Shown here piece by piece: positions 59,308 through 64,000 of a stretch of 64,000 nt of DNA (positions within the stretch are counted from its first letter, which is position 1; the number at the start of each line of letters is the position of its first letter). The notes beneath the pieces are model-generated. The model saw nothing but the letters and a program-made list of their open reading frames with translations, did no database searches and was not told where the DNA came from. Location of the stretch: positions 1 to 64,000 of IMG/VR virus record IMGVR_UViG_3300022920_000004. The stretch is one strand, 5' to 3'. The position numbers and the translations under genes were made by a program. Source of the DNA: a virus.

Positions 59308-61281
59308 TTAATGAGTCCAATAGTCTGTAATTACAGCATCTGCTTTTAATGGTATAGTTTTACACCATATTTCACCTGCTCTTTGCATACAATCTTCTAA
59401 ATTTCTTGCAGCAATTTCTGTATAATTTTCTAATACTTCTAAGTTTATTTCATCATGTATTAAATTAGTTATAAAAATATAATCATTTAAGTTATTATCA
59501 TTTAACCATTTCCTAAAAAATATAGCTGCTAATTTAGTAATACTACCTGCTGCACCTTGTATAATATAATTAAGACAAGCTCTTTCATATTTACCTTTTA
59601 AAGAATAATAACGTTTCCAATCTTGGTCTTTTTTATATTCTCTTAATTTATCAAAATCACCAAAATAAAACTTTCTTTTGGTTACTGGGTCTATTTCTAT
59701 AAATCCTTGATTCATAGATTTTTTAATAGATTCATCAAAAAATAGTTTTAATTTTGGAAATGCATCAAAATAAGCATTATAAATATTTTCACCTTCTTCA
59801 GGAGAAACACCTAAATTATTAGAGATAGTAAAACCATTTCCTCCATAAGCTAATGCAAATGAAACTGATTTAGCAATTTGTCTTTTTTCTGGATGTTGTT
59901 TTTTAATCTCAGGTAAAGATAATTCTTGTAATTCAGGATATATTTTTTGAGCATTATAACTATGCATATCTAAATGTCCTTCATAATAAAAATTAAGAAT
60001 ATCTGGGTCTAATGATGTATTTGCTAAACAAATATTTTCTTGTCCACTATAATCAGAATTTACAATTTTATAACCTTTTGGAGCATCAAAAGCTCTTCTA
60101 AAATTATCATTACTTGGTATATTCTGTAAATTTGGATTACTACTAGAAATTCTACCAGTATTTAATATTTGCTTATAATTACTGTGTAATCTTTTAGTTA
60201 TTGGATTAATATATTTAAAGAAAGCAATTCCAAAAGTTGTACAACATTGTTCTAATTCTTTATACCTTAAATATATATCTAATAAATGTTTATATGTTTC
60301 AGGTATATCTTTATTCATTGTTTTTAAAGAAGCTTTTACAACTGTTGCATTAACAGTATAACTTAATTTTTTAGTGGATTTAGAGACTTCCTGTGGGCAT
60401 ATTTCTAAGTACTTAAATAAATCAATTACTTGTTTAGAACTTCCCCAATTTATACTACATTTTAAACCTGTTTCAAATAAATTTAATTGTTTATCTACAA
60501 ATCTAGTATCTTTAAAGCTATTTAAAATATATTTATTTAACTCAATTTCTAAAGTAGAATATGTAGCTTTATTATTATTATAGGTGTTTTCCCATATATC
60601 TGTATTAAAATTAATACCTTTATATTCTATATCACCTAATACTTGTAAGAATAACATTTCTAATGATACACATTTAGATAAATCTTTTCTAACTATATCT
60701 TCAGCTTGATGCTTTTCTATCATTAAAGGATATAAAATATCTTCAGCTCCATAGAGTATTTGTTTTTTAGTAAATGGTTTATCACCAATTGTTAAAAACT
60801 CTAATCTTGTTGCTTTCTCTACTTCAATTCCTAAATACTTTTCATTTAAATCTTTTAATCCTAACTTTGGTGAATAACCATTAAATAATATTTGTTCTAC
60901 AATCATAGTATCATAAACATTATTTAATTTAATTCCATTGTTGTGTAGAATATGTTTATATTCAAACTTTATATTATGACCAAGTTTGACTATGTGATTT
61001 GACTCAAGTATCTCTTTTAGGGGATTTATATCAACATATCTGTAATCTATTACATATTGTCTATTTATATCACCTACTTGAAACATTACAATATTTGATA
61101 AGTATGGGTCAAGTCCTTCTCTTTTACCATACTTACCATTAAATTTCATTGTGGTTTCAATATCTATTGCAATCAAAGCTTTATTCTTTAAATACTCTAC
61201 ACAATCTTGTATAGTTGTTGTATTTAAATCAAATAAATTATTTGGTCCAATATAATATATATTTTTTTCATTCTTCATCAT
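59308..61281 (-). CDS. polA: Family A DNA polymerase with 3'-5' exonuclease
   Basis: IDIET, HNIKFE, TGRISS.NPNLQNIP, motif A DYSGQE, motif B RQIAKSVSFALAYG and motif C IHDE. Confidence 0.95.
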   Translation of the reverse strand: MMKNEKNIYYIGPNNLFDLNTTTIQDCVEYLKNKALIAIDIETTMKFNGKYGKREGLDPYLSNIVMFQVGDINRQYVIDYRYVDINPLKEILESNHIVKLGHNIKFEYKHILHNNGIKLNNVYDTMIVEQILFNGYSPKLGLKDLNEKYLGIEVEKATRLEFLTIGDKPFTKKQILYGAEDILYPLMIEKHQAEDIVRKDLSKCVSLEMLFLQVLGDIEYKGINFNTDIWENTYNNNKATYSTLEIELNKYILNSFKDTRFVDKQLNLFETGLKCSINWGSSKQVIDLFKYLEICPQEVSKSTKKLSYTVNATVVKASLKTMNKDIPETYKHLLDIYLRYKELEQCCTTFGIAFFKYINPITKRLHSNYKQILNTGRISSSNPNLQNIPSNDNFRRAFDAPKGYKIVNSDYSGQENICLANTSLDPDILNFYYEGHLDMHSYNAQKIYPELQELSLPEIKKQHPEKRQIAKSVSFALAYGGNGFTISNNLGVSPEEGENIYNAYFDAFPKLKLFFDESIKKSMNQGFIEIDPVTKRKFYFGDFDKLREYKKDQDWKRYYSLKGKYERACLNYIIQGAAGSITKLAAIFFRKWLNDNNLNDYIFITNLIHDEINLEVLENYTEIAARNLEDCMQRAGEIWCKTIPLKADAVITDYWTH

Positions 61282-61302
61282 CTTTCTTCATTAATATATT
61301 AT

Positions 61303-61980
61303 TTATATTTCTAATATGTTACCATTACTACTTAATTCTCCAAATTTACCATCTGTTAAAACACTTCCATTACTAAATATAGTATTATATCCAGCTAATT
61401 TAGTTGTCCCAGCATTTATAATATCCTTGTTATTATGTATATGACCAAATAAACATAATTTAGGTTGTATTTTAAGTAATCTTTTTTTAAGAGCACTACA
61501 ACCACACATTTCTACATTATGATCTACACTATAAGATAAATCTAATATTCCTTTAGGTGGTCCATGTACTACAACTATGTCAGTGTCATCAGGTATAGAT
61601 TGCCAAACTCTGTCAAGTTTACTTCTATTTTTCATAAAATACCAATTACCAAATTGAGGTGTATGAGGACTTCCCCATATTTTAATACCTTCTATTTCAA
61701 TTGATTCATTTTCTAAATAATCTATAGAATATTCTTTACAAAGTTCTTTAAACTTTTTACCTTCGTGAAATGCTAAAGCATCGTGATTACCAGATATTAA
61801 TACTTTACGTTTAATAGGTAAACAAGCATACCAATTTAAGAAATCTCTAGTTTCAGGTTCATTTTTATATACATCATAATAGTTACTAAAATCACCAGAA
61901 TGTATAACTATATCTATATTATCAGGTATTTTTAATAAACTGTGATATGAGTGAGTGTCTCCAATGTGCCAAATTTTCAT
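61303..61980 (-). CDS. Calcineurin-like metallophosphoesterase
   Basis: GDTH, HSGDF, GNHD, HGPP and FGHIH. Confidence 0.92.
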   Translation of the reverse strand: MKIWHIGDTHSYHSLLKIPDNIDIVIHSGDFSNYYDVYKNEPETRDFLNWYACLPIKRKVLISGNHDALAFHEGKKFKELCKEYSIDYLENESIEIEGIKIWGSPHTPQFGNWYFMKNRSKLDRVWQSIPDDTDIVVVHGPPKGILDLSYSVDHNVEMCGCSALKKRLLKIQPKLCLFGHIHNNKDIINAGTTKLAGYNTIFSNGSVLTDGKFGELSSNGNILEI

Positions 61981-62120
61981 AATTAAATTGATCTATATTT
62001 TCTCTTGCTTCCCCATAATTGTCTATAAGATTTATTTACTAATGAGTATTTAGAGATACTTTTATTAATTGATTCTCTCGATTGTTGGGTTGTATTTTTG
62101 TTATTCATATTTAATATTTT

Positions 62121-62152
62121 AAAGGAGAGCTACTAATATAATAACTCTCCTT
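62121..62152 (-). terminator. Rho-independent terminator
   Basis: Minus strand AAGGAGAGTTA...TAGCTCTCCTTT hairpin after the 93-aa ORF. Confidence 0.6.
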
Positions 62153-62159
62153 GATTTTA

Positions 62160-62441
62160 CTATTTTGTTGGAAATAATTCTTTAATTAAATCTTCTAAAC
62201 GTTTTTGACCTTTAGTTAAAGCTTCAACTTCATTTTCAGCAGATACAATATCAACAAGTGATAATGTTTGCGACGATTTCAAACTTTCTAATTTGGCTTT
62301 TGACGCACTTACCGCTTGCTTTGTTGCCAATAAGTCTGCTTGCGCTTGCAATTCTTCCTGTGATAACTGGTATCCTAATACTTGCTCCTCTAATTGTGCT
62401 TGACTCTGGTTTAATCTTTGTTCTCTTGTTAACTTGCTCAT
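62160..62441 (-). CDS. Small coiled-coil protein
   Basis: Heptad-like Q/L/A/E sequence, A-rich upstream context and a downstream terminator. Confidence 0.65.
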   Translation of the reverse strand: MSKLTREQRLNQSQAQLEEQVLGYQLSQEELQAQADLLATKQAVSASKAKLESLKSSQTLSLVDIVSAENEVEALTKGQKRLEDLIKELFPTK

Positions 62442-63135
62442 AATTATTGTTTGTATTTAATTTAATATAATTTAAAATTGTTTCTTTTTTAATTGGTGTA
62501 TTAACTTTACTGAAAAAATCTTTTTCATCAGGCATTTTAAAAACTTTATTATTAATACTAACACCTAAACCAAAAGCTTCTGTGTATTGTACTTTTGTAG
62601 GTCCTGATATCCACTTGTAACCTAAACTAAATAAAAAAGTTTGTATAATTTTATGGTCTTCAGGTGTTAAATTACCTATTTTACATTTCTTTAAATCACC
62701 TATTTCAAATGGTTTACTAAACATTATATCTCTATCTACTGTAGGTTTAATAGGTGGTTTGTATGAGTTACTAAATCTAGTTATAAATGTACTAAATAGA
62801 TGACTATTACCACCAAATTCTTTGGTTGTTATCCAACCTGTAGATATATAATCAAATCCTGTAATAGTTCTAAGATCGTTATCTACGTTTAAATAAGTAC
62901 CACCAACTTCAGGTATTTGATTAATATTTGTTATACCTGCTTCAAACCATTTAATTTCATTATTTGTAGCTTTTCTAACTTTTGAAGAATGACTTAGCCC
63001 ATCTTGGTAATATGCAGAGTTTTTAGTAAATTTAGTTAATTTATTAATTTCCCATACATCACCTTTTTTACCACCATGTCTACTACTTGTAACAGTTGTA
63101 ATTATTTTTACAACTATATCTCCTATTTTAAACAT
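62251..63135 (-). CDS. Hypothetical protein whose C-terminus overprints the next gene
   Basis: FKIGDIV and RKATNNEI motifs; the last ~63 codons overlap 62160-62441 in another frame. Confidence 0.55.
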   Translation of the reverse strand: MFKIGDIVVKIITTVTSSRHGGKKGDVWEINKLTKFTKNSAYYQDGLSHSSKVRKATNNEIKWFEAGITNINQIPEVGGTYLNVDNDLRTITGFDYISTGWITTKEFGGNSHLFSTFITRFSNSYKPPIKPTVDRDIMFSKPFEIGDLKKCKIGNLTPEDHKIIQTFLFSLGYKWISGPTKVQYTEAFGLGVSINNKVFKMPDEKDFFSKVNTPIKKETILNYIKLNTNNNYEQVNKRTKIKPESSTIRGASIRIPVITGRIASASRLIGNKASGKCVKSQIRKFEIVANIITC

Positions 63136-63138
63136 AAT

Positions 63139-63999
63139 TTATAATTTAGTAGTTCTAATATAATTAAGTATAATATCCCATTGTATTTGACTTATACAAC
63201 CTGTATTTTTTAAATCTTGCATACTTAAACAAGGTTTATTCATCATAATATATTCTTCAGCTTTTTCTTTTGTTGAGAACCCTTTAATATCTTTATGTTT
63301 TTCAATTAATCTTGTATCTCTACTAGTACATAATCTTTTAAAACATTTAAAAGAATCATCTTCAGCGTCTAATTCTACAAAATAATATTTATCACCTTCA
63401 AAAATATCAACACCATCTTCTGTTTTAAATAATGGTTTTTTAATATGTGATAATTTATTTATTTCTTTCAACCAAAACTTTAAATCTTGAATAGTTGTTT
63501 GTTCACTACAAGGGTTTGATTTTGCACTTATTTTTACATTATCACCAACAGTAAATACTTCACCATCACTAAGTCTTTTAACTGAGTGTATTTTAAATCT
63601 ACCATTTAAACAATGTTTTAAACTTAAATGTGCTTTTGTAAAACTAGCCTCATATTTACCATCTGTTTTTAAAGTAAATGTTATACCATCATAATTACCA
63701 CCATCTCTTTTAAAAGCCAATATCTCATAATCTCTATCAACTATTTCTCTTATTAATTTATAAGAATCTGTAACTATACCATTACCACTATTATCTAATT
63801 TTTCCATCCAAGGATATCCACCACTTGTAATTCTAGTAATTATAGCTTTAAATGGTTTAGATTTACAATGAATATATTGTAATTCATAAGTTTTACCTAC
63901 TTCTAATTTTAGAGGATTTTTATCAACTATTTCCTCCCAATACTCAGGGTTATTTTCTACATTTTTTGCAGAAAATACAATATTTAAAGTATCTGTTAA
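63139..63999 (-). CDS. Hypothetical protein (5'-truncated; extends past window end)
   Basis: Frame is open upstream of M at 63807 to the window edge (LTDTLNIVFSAKNVENNPEYWEE...); IHSVKRLSDGEVFTVGD and PLFKTEDGVDIFEGD. Confidence 0.6.
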   Translation of the reverse strand, partial: LTDTLNIVFSAKNVENNPEYWEEIVDKNPLKLEVGKTYELQYIHCKSKPFKAIITRITSGGYPWMEKLDNSGNGIVTDSYKLIREIVDRDYEILAFKRDGGNYDGITFTLKTDGKYEASFTKAHLSLKHCLNGRFKIHSVKRLSDGEVFTVGDNVKISAKSNPCSEQTTIQDLKFWLKEINKLSHIKKPLFKTEDGVDIFEGDKYYFVELDAEDDSFKCFKRLCTSRDTRLIEKHKDIKGFSTKEKAEEYIMMNKPCLSMQDLKNTGCISQIQWDIILNYIRTTKL

Positions 64000-64000
64000 T

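Noticed and set aside
33535-62443. Short plus-strand ORFs within the - arm (e.g. 33535, 36780, 45236, 48128, 54162, 55850, 60374, 62258)
   Set aside because: Antisense to well-supported genes, with shadow-like composition and mostly non-ATG starts.
1-64000. Stop-codon reassignment (TAG/TGA), known in some crAss-like phages
   Set aside because: Very long ORFs are intact under the standard code, and TAG/TGA act as real stops at tight gene junctions (e.g. TAG at 5660-62, ATGA overlaps).
1-64000. tRNA, rRNA, CRISPR arrays, integrase, DGR reverse transcriptase, capsid/terminase genes
   Set aside because: None recognised by eye. Intergenic gaps are short, and the head/packaging genes presumably lie outside the window. 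A tRNAscan/Infernal run would be needed to exclude small RNAs.

Overview
This is a 64-kb segment of an AT-rich crAss-like (Crassvirales-type) podovirus, probably infecting a Bacteroidota host, most likely a flavobacterium. It has two convergent arms that meet at a bidirectional terminator near 28.55 kb. The + arm (1-28524) encodes a receptor-binding/tail-fibre fragment, a lysis cassette, a DEDD exonuclease, crAss-type tail genes and six virion cargo proteins, including a 2126-aa virion RNA polymerase with a DFDID motif. The - arm (28594-64000) encodes a spore-photoproduct-lyase-like radical SAM enzyme, a PRS-like/NAMPT-like pair (NARP1-type NAD+ reconstitution) invaded by an EndoVII homing endonuclease, an SF2 helicase, class Ia RNR, nucleases, a degenerate UDG, a phiEco32-like amidoligase/GATase/ATP-grasp/GGCT cluster, primase, SSB, AAA ATPase, ThyA, DnaB, PolA and a metallophosphoesterase. 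Two observations stand out. (1) By manual count, the three giant cargo proteins (4685 aa) contain only four cysteines, all at the two head-to-tail junctions, and the two downstream proteins share an N-terminal module. This suggests a disulfide-linked ejection chain. (2) The homing endonuclease sits after a 14-codon orphan NAMPT start and is followed by a synonymously recoded replacement start. All assignments come from motif recognition; no searches were run.
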